Source of the DNA: Parvibaculaceae bacterium
GTDB lineage: Bacteria > Pseudomonadota > Alphaproteobacteria > Parvibaculales > Parvibaculaceae
Assembly: GCA_028283765.1 (NCBI GenBank)
Contig: JAPWJY010000001.1
Span: forward strand, 2,357-66,356
DNA length: 64,000 bases
Direction of reading: 5' to 3'
Under the pieces are notes generated by a model. It did not search any database. It had not been told where the DNA came from and saw only the letters and a program-made list of their open reading frames with translations. Within the stretch, counting starts at the first letter, position 1. Each line of letters opens with the position of its first letter. Position numbers and translations under genes: made by a program. Below, piece by piece: positions 56,155 through 64,000 of the stretch.

Positions 56155-58116
56155 TCAATTGTCGAGGAAGCTTCTCAGCTTGCGCGAGCGGCTCGGGTGC
56201 TTGAGCTTGCGCAGCGCCTTCGCCTCGATCTGGCGGATACGTTCGCGCGTCACCGAGAATTGCTGGCCGACTTCCTCCAGCGTGTGGTCGGTGTTCATGC
56301 CGATGCCGAAGCGCATGCGCAGCACGCGCTCCTCACGAGGCGTCAGCGAGGCGAGCACGCGCGTCGTCGTCTCGCGCAGGTTCGACTGGATCGCAGCGTC
56401 GATCGGCAGGATCGCGTTCTTGTCCTCGATGAAGTCGCCGAGGTGGCTGTCTTCCTCATCGCCGATCGGCGTTTCGAGGCTGATCGGCTCCTTCGCGATC
56501 TTGAGGACCTTGCGCACCTTCTCAAGCGGCATGCCCAGCTTTTCGGCCAGTTCTTCCGGCGTCGGCTCGCGGCCGATCTCGTGCAGCATCTGGCGCGAGG
56601 TGCGGACCAGCTTGTTGATGGTCTCGATCATGTGCACCGGAATACGGATGGTGCGGGCCTGATCCGCAATAGAGCGCGTGATCGCCTGACGGATCCACCA
56701 TGTGGCATAGGTCGAGAACTTGTAACCGCGGCGGTACTCGAACTTGTCCACCGCCTTCATCAGGCCGATGTTGCCTTCCTGAATGAGATCGAGGAACTGC
56801 AGGCCACGGTTGGTGTATTTCTTGGCGATGGAGATGACGAGGCGCAGGTTGGCCTCGACCATTTCCTTCTTGGCGATGCGCGCCTCGCGCTCGCCCTTCT
56901 GCACCATCTGCACGATGCGGCGGAATTCGCCGATATCGAGGCCGGTTTCGGTCGCGAGGCTCTGGATCTGGAAGCGCAGTTCCTTGACCTGATCCTTGTC
57001 GTCCCGGGCGAAGCTGGTCCAGCCCTTGCCCTTCAGGCGGCCGACACGGCGCGTCCAGTTGGGATCGAGTTCGTTGTTGTAATATTGTTTGAGGAATTCC
57101 TCGCGCGCCACGCCCTGGGCTTCAGCCAGACGCAGCATCCGGCCTTCCATCATCATCAGACGCTTGGAGATGATGTAAAGTTGCTCGACGAGGCTTTCGA
57201 TGCGGTTGTTGTTGAGGGCGAGGCTCTTGACCTCGACGATCAGTTCCTCGGTGATCTTGTGCAGCTTCTTGTTCAGCGTGGCGGGCACATCCTCGCCCTG
57301 AAGCGCCAGTTCGACCTTCTGGTCGTGAAGTTTGCGCAGCTTCTTATATTCGCCGGCGATCTTGTCGAAGATCTCCATGACCTTGGGCTTGAGTTCCGCC
57401 TCCATGGTGGCGAGAGACATATTGTTCTCCCCCTCCTCGTCGGCGTCCTCGTCCTCGATCTCCTCCGGCACCGGCATGTTGCCGGCAAGGGCGGCTTCCG
57501 AGTGATCGACCTTCTTGGCGTCCGGCCCGGCGAAGGTCGCGTCCAGATCGATGATGTCGCGAAGCAGAATCTTCCCGTCGAGCAGTTCGTCGCGCCAGAT
57601 GATGATGGCCTGAAAGGTCAGCGGGCTCTCGCAGAGACCCGCAATCATCGCCTCGCGGCCCGCCTCGATGCGCTTGGCGATGGCGATTTCGCCTTCGCGC
57701 GAGAGCAGTTCGACGGAGCCCATCTCGCGCAGATACATGCGCACCGGATCGTCCGTGCGGTCGAGCGTTTCGGTCTTGGTTTCGGCGCGGACGACGGCGC
57801 GGCTCTGCGATTCTTCCTCGTCGATCTCGCCGACTTCCTCGGCGCGCTCCTCATCGGGCGCGTCTTCGCCTTCGTCATTCTCGACGACAGTGATGCCCAT
57901 TTCCGACAACATCGAGAGGGTATCCTCGATCTGTTCGGATGAAAATTCCTCGGAAGGGAGAACCTTGTTCAACTCGTCATAGGTGACGAAGCCGCGCGCC
58001 TTGGCAGCCTTGATCATCTTCTTGACGGCAGCATCGGACATATCGAGGAGCGGACTGTCCGTCGTTCCTTCAGTCTGTTCCGTTACTTCCGCCGCTTCGG
58101 CTGTTTTGCTCGCCAT
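56155..58116 (-). CDS. rpoD: RNA polymerase sigma factor RpoD (sigma-70)
   Basis: Regions 1.1-4.2 are all present: [11 protein letters not shown], acidic spacer, [83 protein letters not shown]. Start at MASKT. Confidence 0.95.
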   Translation of the reverse strand: MASKTAEAAEVTEQTEGTTDSPLLDMSDAAVKKMIKAAKARGFVTYDELNKVLPSEEFSSEQIEDTLSMLSEMGITVVENDEGEDAPDEERAEEVGEIDEEESQSRAVVRAETKTETLDRTDDPVRMYLREMGSVELLSREGEIAIAKRIEAGREAMIAGLCESPLTFQAIIIWRDELLDGKILLRDIIDLDATFAGPDAKKVDHSEAALAGNMPVPEEIEDEDADEEGENNMSLATMEAELKPKVMEIFDKIAGEYKKLRKLHDQKVELALQGEDVPATLNKKLHKITEELIVEVKSLALNNNRIESLVEQLYIISKRLMMMEGRMLRLAEAQGVAREEFLKQYYNNELDPNWTRRVGRLKGKGWTSFARDDKDQVKELRFQIQSLATETGLDIGEFRRIVQMVQKGEREARIAKKEMVEANLRLVISIAKKYTNRGLQFLDLIQEGNIGLMKAVDKFEYRRGYKFSTYATWWIRQAITRSIADQARTIRIPVHMIETINKLVRTSRQMLHEIGREPTPEELAEKLGMPLEKVRKVLKIAKEPISLETPIGDEEDSHLGDFIEDKNAILPIDAAIQSNLRETTTRVLASLTPREERVLRMRFGIGMNTDHTLEEVGQQFSVTRERIRQIEAKALRKLKHPSRSRKLRSFLDN

Positions 58117-58274
58117 GTAAACCAACGCTCCGCCTTATATGTGCCGGCAGTTTGGGCCGGTTCCGGTCGAACCCGCCCGGCTTTCGCTCCGGCCCCCATT
58201 ATTTCTCAGCGGGATGGGACCCGCGCAATATAAATAGGGCCGCACCCCTCCCGTTTCCACCAATCCGCTGCCTC

Positions 58275-60230
58275 CTAGGCATCGGAATGAAAGGCACGGG
58301 CTGGTCCAGCCGCCAGATCATCCAGTCCATCTACCCGGTCGAGACTTTCCCTGTGCGCATTAAGCGCCTTCAGTCTCGCCCAGTTCTCCTCGTTCGTCTC
58401 CATCGCCAGCGCGCGCTCGGCAGCCTTGAGTTCAGCCTCCAGCGCGACGACTTCGCGATGCCTCGAAAGCACATGCAACCAGCCGGATTCGGCTTCGTCG
58501 GGGGTAGCTTCCCGCCAGGTAGAGGTCTCGTTTCTCAACCCCGCATCGGCCTCAAGCCGACGGACAATGGCAGCCGCTGCACCTGTCTCCAGATGGGCGC
58601 GCAGTCCGTCCCTGTCAAGGGGCGCAATCCGGGTCGCTACGTCTATGATTTCATTGCGCAACCTGTCAAGACCCGGGATGGCCAGATCGAGATGGGCAAA
58701 ATCCTCCAGATAGCGGTCCAGCAGGGCCGGATGGTTCAATATCATCAGGACCAGCAGGTTTTCCCGGCGCTTGACGGCGGCCTGCGCGTCCCGGGCAAGG
58801 GGGCTTTCCCGCAGTTCCATCGTGGCCGGGGGGATAAAACCATCGAAATTGCCGCCAAAACCCTTCCAGGAGCTCCTTTTCCGCCCGAATGAGCTTCGCC
58901 CCCCTCTTCCGAAGGGGGAGGCCCCGGAACGCCCGCCCCCGCCGGCCACGGGACGGCCCGTCCCGGCGAAAAGCTTGCTCAATCGTTCGGCAAAATCGCG
59001 CTCATAATGGGAACGGACCTTGGGGTCGGCGATGGCGCGGAGCGCCGTTTCCGTCCGCATTTCAAAATCGGCACGGCGCTCAGGCGTGTCGAGTGGCCCC
59101 GCCTGCAATTCCTTGGCCCAGAGCATGTCGGAGAGCGGCCGGGCCTTGCCCAGCACCTCCTCCACCGCCTCGGCCCCCTGCGCGCGGATCAGGTCGTCGG
59201 GGTCCTGCCCCTCAGGCAGCAGGGCGAACCGCAGGGAATGACCCGGCTTGAGCAGCGGCAGGACCCGATCGACGGCGCGATAGGCCGCCTTGAGACCCGC
59301 CTTGTCGCCGTCGAAGCACAGGATCGGCTCAGGCACCATGCGCCAGAGAAGGCCGATCTGCTCCTCGGTCAGCGCCGTGCCAAGTGGCGCGACGGCATGG
59401 CCGATGCCCCCCTGCGCCAGCGCGATCACGTCCATATAGCCTTCGACCGCGATGACGGCATTGCGATCATGGGCGGGCTTGCGCGCCCGGTGGAAATTGT
59501 AGAGCACCCGCCCCTTGTGAAAGAGCGGGGTGTCGGGCGAATTGAGATATTTGGCCGGCGCGCCCGCCTCCATGGCCCGGCCCCCGAAGGCGATGGTGCG
59601 GCCGCGCGCGTCGGCAATCGGGAACATGATGCGGTTGCGGAACCGGTCATAAGGCTCGGGAATATCCTCGCCCGAGATGATCAGGCCAGCGTCCGCCATA
59701 TCGGTTACGGGAACGCCCTTCGATGTCAGGAAACCCATGAGTTCATGGCGGCTGCCCGGCGCATAGCCAAGGCCGAACTCCTCGACCGTCCGGGCGGTCA
59801 GGCCCCGCTTCGCGATATAGGCCCTCGCCTCGGCACCGGCGGAACTCCTCAGCTTTTCACGGAAAAAGGCCGCCGCCATCTCCATCACATCGATAAGAGA
59901 CGCCGCGGCCTTCTCACGCTCGGCCACGAACCTGTCCTGTTTGGGCACATCAAGCCCGGCCTCGGCCGCCAGCCGCTCGATGGCCTCCATGAAGGAGAGG
60001 TTTTCGGTCTTTTCCAGAAACTTGATGACGTCGCCATGCTCGCCCGAGGAGAAGCAATGGTAGAACTGCTTGTCATCGTTGACGGTGAAGGAAGGCGATT
60101 TCTCGTTGGTGAAGGGCGAAAGACCGACATATTCCCGGCCTTTCCGCGTCAGTTTCACCTTCCGGCCCACGACCTCGGAGACGCGGACCCGCGCCTTGAG
60201 CTCATCGAGGAATGCCTTGGGAAACGACAT
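58275..60230 (-). CDS. dnaG: DNA primase
   Basis: Zinc-finger region SPFTNEKSPSFTVNDDKQFYHCFSSGEHGDVIKFL, TOPRIM (AVEGYMDVIAL, FDGDKAG), and a C-terminal helicase-interaction domain. Confidence 0.95.
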   Translation of the reverse strand: MSFPKAFLDELKARVRVSEVVGRKVKLTRKGREYVGLSPFTNEKSPSFTVNDDKQFYHCFSSGEHGDVIKFLEKTENLSFMEAIERLAAEAGLDVPKQDRFVAEREKAAASLIDVMEMAAAFFREKLRSSAGAEARAYIAKRGLTARTVEEFGLGYAPGSRHELMGFLTSKGVPVTDMADAGLIISGEDIPEPYDRFRNRIMFPIADARGRTIAFGGRAMEAGAPAKYLNSPDTPLFHKGRVLYNFHRARKPAHDRNAVIAVEGYMDVIALAQGGIGHAVAPLGTALTEEQIGLLWRMVPEPILCFDGDKAGLKAAYRAVDRVLPLLKPGHSLRFALLPEGQDPDDLIRAQGAEAVEEVLGKARPLSDMLWAKELQAGPLDTPERRADFEMRTETALRAIADPKVRSHYERDFAERLSKLFAGTGRPVAGGGGRSGASPFGRGGRSSFGRKRSSWKGFGGNFDGFIPPATMELRESPLARDAQAAVKRRENLLVLMILNHPALLDRYLEDFAHLDLAIPGLDRLRNEIIDVATRIAPLDRDGLRAHLETGAAAAIVRRLEADAGLRNETSTWREATPDEAESGWLHVLSRHREVVALEAELKAAERALAMETNEENWARLKALNAHRESLDRVDGLDDLAAGPARAFHSDA

Positions 60231-60429
60231 GGGGCCGGGAGTCCTGACGGAGTAAATGCCTGAACAAGGATTGTAACGCAGAGATGACCGTTTAGGGATT
60301 CAGAATCCGGGCCAACCTTCCAAACGGGAATCAACCCGGCCAAGGCAAGGGATTTCAAGCCATTCAGCCTCATTGGAGCTGATTTGTATGTACAGCGCAC
60401 CATGACGGCGGCCACAGGAAACAAACCGG

Positions 60430-61284
60430 CTAGCCCGCTTCCGCGAAGGCCAGTTGTTCGTCCTCGATCCGCCGGCGCTCGCGGCGCGCCATGAGCAGGC
60501 CCGCGGCGGTGACGGCAAGGGTGACGACGAGGATCATCAGGGTCGCAAGCGCGTTGATGTCGGGCGTCACCCCCAGCTTGACCTTGGAATAGATGAGCAA
60601 TGGCAGGGTTGTCGCCCCCGGCCCGGCGACGAAGCTTGAAATCACCAGATCGTCGAGCGAGAGAGTGAAAGACAGCAGCCAGCCCGACAGCATGGCCGGG
60701 GCGATGATGGGCAGGGTGACGTCGATAAGCACGCCGAGCGGGCGCGAGCCCAGGTCCATCGCCGCCTCTTCCAGCGAGATGTCCATGGCGATCAGCCGCG
60801 ACTGGATGATGACCGCGACATAGCACATGCAGAATGTGGTGTGGGCGATGGCGATGGTGATGACGCCACGCTCCATCGGCCAGCCGATCAGGGTGCCCAT
60901 GGTGATGAACATGAGCAGCAGGGAAATACCGGTGATAACATCGGGCATGACCAGCGGCGCGGTCATCATGCCGGAAAAAAGCACCCGCCCCCGGAAGCGG
61001 CCCAGCCGGGCCAGCGCATAGCCCGCCATGGTGCCGAGAATGACGGACGCCGTGGCGGCGATGACGCCCACCTCCAGCGAACGCATGGCCGCTGCCATGA
61101 TAATGTCGTTCTTGAACAGCGAGCCGTACCATTTGACGGAAAAGCCGCCCCAGATGGTGACGAGACGCGACGCATTGAAGGAATAGGCGATGAGCGAGAA
61201 AATGGGGACATAGAGGAAGACCATCCCCGCCGCGAGAACCGCGTTGGAAAAGCCGATGCGGGGCATGGGGGAGATGCGGGCCAT
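60430..61284 (-). CDS. polyamine (putrescine/spermidine) ABC transporter permease, PotI/PotC-like
   Basis: 284 aa with six TM segments and the EAA loop LEEAAMDLGSRPLGVLIDVTLP. Its ATG shares one base with the upstream permease stop. Confidence 0.85.
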   Translation of the reverse strand: MARISPMPRIGFSNAVLAAGMVFLYVPIFSLIAYSFNASRLVTIWGGFSVKWYGSLFKNDIIMAAAMRSLEVGVIAATASVILGTMAGYALARLGRFRGRVLFSGMMTAPLVMPDVITGISLLLMFITMGTLIGWPMERGVITIAIAHTTFCMCYVAVIIQSRLIAMDISLEEAAMDLGSRPLGVLIDVTLPIIAPAMLSGWLLSFTLSLDDLVISSFVAGPGATTLPLLIYSKVKLGVTPDINALATLMILVVTLAVTAAGLLMARRERRRIEDEQLAFAEAG

Positions 61285-62210
61285 CAGCTCTTCTCCTCGC
61301 GCGCCTGCGCCGCCTGAAAGAACATGATCGGAATGACCAGCGCCACCAGCAGCGCAATGGCGACGGCGGACGCTGTGGGCCAGTCGCGGTTCTGGAAGAA
61401 CTCGTTGAAGAGGACCCGCCCGATCATCAGGTTGCGCGCATCGCCCAGAAGATCGGGGATAACATATTCGCCCACCGCCGGAATGAAGGTGAGCAGCGAG
61501 CCCGCAACGATGCCGGGCATGGAAAGCGGCAGCGTGACATCGCGGAAAACGCTCCAGGGCCGCGCGCCCAGATCGGCCGCCGCCTCATCGAGCGTGGCGT
61601 CCAGCCGCTCAAGACTCGCATAGAGCGGCAGGATCATGAACGGCAGATAGGAATAGACGATGCCGAGATAGACCGCGAACGGCGTGTAGAGCATCTGGAT
61701 CGGCGCCGACACAATGTGCGACCAGACCAGAAAACGGTTGATCATGCCATTGGTGTCGAGCAGGCCGATCCAGGCATAGACCCGGAGCAGAAACGAGGTC
61801 CACAAGGGCAGGATGACGACCAGCAGCAGGATATTGCGGCGGTTGGCCGGCGCCCGCGCGATGGCATAGGCCATCGGATAGCCCAGCAGCAGGCAGAGCA
61901 CCGTGGAAATCGCCGCGATCTTCAGCGAATTCAGATAGGCACGCAGGTAAATATCTTCCGACGCGATGAACTTGAAATTGTCGAACGTCAGGACAAACGA
62001 GATATGGCTGTCGTCGATCCAGTTGACCAGCGCCGAAAAGGGCGGCTGGGTATCCAGCATGTCGGCAAGGCTGATCTTCAGAACGATGAAGAACGGCACC
62101 AGAAAAAACAGGAGCATCCAGACATAGGGAATGGAGATCAGCATATGCCGCCAGGAATCCGACAGCGTGCGGGCGACGCGGCGCAGGCGCGAGGGAAGAG
62201 GCCCGCTCAT
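61284..62210 (-). CDS. polyamine ABC transporter permease, PotH/PotB-like
   Basis: EAA loop LDEAAADLGARPWSVFRDVTLP. Start at MSGPLPS overlaps the ATPase stop (ATGA). The track ORF is over-extended to 62267. Confidence 0.85.
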   Translation of the reverse strand: MSGPLPSRLRRVARTLSDSWRHMLISIPYVWMLLFFLVPFFIVLKISLADMLDTQPPFSALVNWIDDSHISFVLTFDNFKFIASEDIYLRAYLNSLKIAAISTVLCLLLGYPMAYAIARAPANRRNILLLVVILPLWTSFLLRVYAWIGLLDTNGMINRFLVWSHIVSAPIQMLYTPFAVYLGIVYSYLPFMILPLYASLERLDATLDEAAADLGARPWSVFRDVTLPLSMPGIVAGSLLTFIPAVGEYVIPDLLGDARNLMIGRVLFNEFFQNRDWPTASAVAIALLVALVIPIMFFQAAQAREEKS

Positions 62211-63361
62211 TCGGTCAGCAGCACCGCGGCCGCGGGCTCCCAGTCCATATAGACCTGCTCGTCCCAATCCATGCGATGCTGCAAGGACCTTGCCGCATTC
62301 GACTCCGTGACCGAGATGATCTTGCCATCCGGCGTCTTGACCCGATAGCAGGTCAGCCCGCCGAAATAGCCCAGCTCCCAGACGGTGCCCGCGAGGCGGT
62401 TGACGTTGCCGGGCTTTGGCTCGCGCGACAGCGTGATCTTCTCAGGCCGGACAGCGACCCAGACCGTGGCGCCCGGCGGCAACGGGGCGCCGGCATGCTC
62501 GATCCCCAGCTCAGCCCCCGTCTCCTCGCTGCGGACGGACAGGATACCGTTTTCAAGGCTGGTGACGCGGCCTTCGAAAATATTGATGGTGCCGATGAAA
62601 TTCGCGGTGAATCGGCAGTTGGGATATTCATAAACCTCGACCGGACGGCCCACCTGAAAAACCTGCCCCTTGTTCATCACGGCGATGCGGGTGGAGAGCG
62701 TCATCGCCTCCTCCTGATCGTGGGTGACGACAATGAAGGTGATGCCGACCTTGTCCTGAATATTCATCAACTCATATTGCGTCTGCTCGCGCAGCTTCTT
62801 GTCGAGCGCGGCCAGCGGCTCGTCCAGCAGCAGGGCCTTGGGGCGCTTGACCAGCGCCCGGGCAAGCGCAACGCGCTGGCGTTGCCCGCCGGACAATTGA
62901 TGCGCCTTGCGGCTGGCATAAGGCAGCATCTGCACCAGATTGAGCGCTTCGTCGACCCGCTCCCTGATTTCCCGCCGGGGCACACCCTCTTTTTTCAGCC
63001 CATAGGCCACATTGTCGAAGACTCCCATGTGCGGGAACAGCGCATAGGACTGGAACATCATGTTGACGGGCCGCTCATAGGGCGGCACCCCCGCCATGTC
63101 CTGCCCATCGATGATGATGCGGCCACTCGACGGCGTCTCGAAGCCTGCAATCATCCGCAGCAGGGTGGTCTTGCCGCAGCCGGACCCGCCCAGCAGCGAG
63201 AACAGTTCACCCTTGTAAATCTTCAGGCTCACATCATCGAGAGCCGTGAACGTGCCGAAACTCTTCGACACGCCCTGGATCTCGATGAAGGGCTTTTCCG
63301 ACGGCGAGAGCCAGGGTTGCCCCGGGTTCTGCGGCCGCTCGCGGTTGCCGTTCGGATTCAT
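62207..63361 (-). CDS. polyamine ABC transporter ATP-binding protein, PotG/PotA-like
   Basis: Walker A GGSGCGKTT, signature LSGGQRQRVALARAL, Walker B LLLDEPL, and a C-terminal TOBE-like domain. Confidence 0.9.
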   Translation of the reverse strand: MNPNGNRERPQNPGQPWLSPSEKPFIEIQGVSKSFGTFTALDDVSLKIYKGELFSLLGGSGCGKTTLLRMIAGFETPSSGRIIIDGQDMAGVPPYERPVNMMFQSYALFPHMGVFDNVAYGLKKEGVPRREIRERVDEALNLVQMLPYASRKAHQLSGGQRQRVALARALVKRPKALLLDEPLAALDKKLREQTQYELMNIQDKVGITFIVVTHDQEEAMTLSTRIAVMNKGQVFQVGRPVEVYEYPNCRFTANFIGTINIFEGRVTSLENGILSVRSEETGAELGIEHAGAPLPPGATVWVAVRPEKITLSREPKPGNVNRLAGTVWELGYFGGLTCYRVKTPDGKIISVTESNAARSLQHRMDWDEQVYMDWEPAAAVLLTE

Positions 63362-63367
63362 TCAGGC

Positions 63368-64000
63368 TTACTCGCCTTGCTTGAATTCAGTGAAGACGCG
63401 GGTGCGCAGACGCTCGATCTTGGGCGGCAGCGGCTTGTCGCCATAGAGCAGTTTCATGGTTTCGGCATCAGGATAGATCGCCGGATTTTCCGAAATGCTC
63501 TTGTCCACATATTTTGTGGCTTCAAGATTGGCGTTAGCATAGTTGGTATAGTCTGTGATCTTGGCCGCAACTTCCGGTTGCTGAATGAAATTCAGGAAGG
63601 CCAGAGCATTATCAACATGCTTCGCGTCAGCCGGAATGAAGGCCGCATCGAACCAGAGCGCCGACCCTTCCTTGGGAACGGTATAGGCCAGATTGATCTT
63701 GAGGCCGGCCTTCTCGGCATTCGTTGTCGCTGTGGCATAGTCACCGGACCATGTCATCGCCAGGCAGACGGACTTGTTGGGCAGAGCCGTCAGATACTGC
63801 GTATTGTCGAAGCTGCGGATATAAGGACGCACCTTCATCAGCACTTCCTTGGCCTTGGCGTAATCAGCCGGATTCACTGAATTCGGATCAAGCCCCAGCC
63901 AGGACAGCGCCATCGGCACGACATCGGACGGGCTGTCAAAGAAGCTGACACCGCAGTCCTTGAACTTCGAGACCACGGCCGGGTCCAGCACCATGGCATA
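63368..64000 (-). CDS. polyamine ABC transporter periplasmic binding protein (PotF/PotD family), C-terminal part; gene continues past the right window edge
   Basis: Frame is open to the window end. LAMTWSGDYA...INLAYTVPKEGSALWFDAAFIPADAKHVDNALAFLNF matches PotF/PotD-family proteins. Confidence 0.85.
   Translation of the reverse strand, partial: YAMVLDPAVVSKFKDCGVSFFDSPSDVVPMALSWLGLDPNSVNPADYAKAKEVLMKVRPYIRSFDNTQYLTALPNKSVCLAMTWSGDYATATTNAEKAGLKINLAYTVPKEGSALWFDAAFIPADAKHVDNALAFLNFIQQPEVAAKITDYTNYANANLEATKYVDKSISENPAIYPDAETMKLLYGDKPLPPKIERLRTRVFTEFKQGE

Noticed and set aside
56197-57942. 581-aa plus-strand ORF
   Set aside because: Antisense to rpoD, whose sigma-70 regions are unmistakable. 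Low-complexity L/D/R/A-rich translation.
60155-61357. 400-aa minus-strand ORF overlapping the PotI-like permease gene
   Set aside because: It is an alternative frame of the same strand and runs across the permease/dnaG intergenic region. The translation is R/H/G/P-rich (RRRRARRRADG...). The 284-aa frame has a proper EAA-loop permease sequence.
1-64000. CRISPR arrays, IS elements, integrases, prophage or known defence-system genes
   Set aside because: No spaced direct repeats, transposase or integrase-like ORFs, terminal inverted repeats or phage structural genes were seen. The window is dominated by housekeeping and catabolic genes.

Overview
GC-rich segment (about 60-65% by eye, not computed). 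Gene content and synteny point to an alphaproteobacterial chromosome, Rhizobiales-like: hslO-argF-argD, gcrA, phoB-phoU...phoR, metZ behind a SAM-II riboswitch, dnaG-rpoD. I call about 52 protein genes, mostly on the minus strand, one tRNA-Gly(CCC), several hairpin terminators and three regulatory sites. I saw no rRNA, CRISPR array, IS element, integrase or prophage. This is mostly core genome, and I did not find a clear-cut novel defence or mobile system. The observations most worth a second look are:
1. A 970-aa fusion (longest ORF 983 codons) of an APH-type kinase, a degenerate M23/LytM-like module and an ETNPPL-like PLP enzyme. It is predicted to phosphorylate an amino alcohol and then deaminate it by elimination.
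2. A four-gene cluster (MlrC-like peptidase, GS-like ligase, aldehyde DH, Fe-ADH) that reads as a gamma-glutamylation route for an amino alcohol.
3. phoR and phoU-phoB sit about 415 bp apart, with pstSCAB missing from its usual Rhizobiales position.
4. Two otherwise intact genes (tamA and the aldehyde DH) are each broken by an apparent 1-nt deletion in a G run. This is either a homopolymer sequencing error or a recent pseudogene.
5. A roughly 0.5-kb block of 23-37% GC with inverted repeats lies between the fusion gene's start codon and a lower-GC TetR-MFS pair.
6. Cell-cycle-type sites: a perfect DnaA box and a GANTC upstream of gcrA, and a double-GANTC palindrome upstream of dnaG.
Many long ORFs in the track are antisense or out-of-frame GC artefacts and were rejected. 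All family assignments rest on motifs read by eye; no searches were run.
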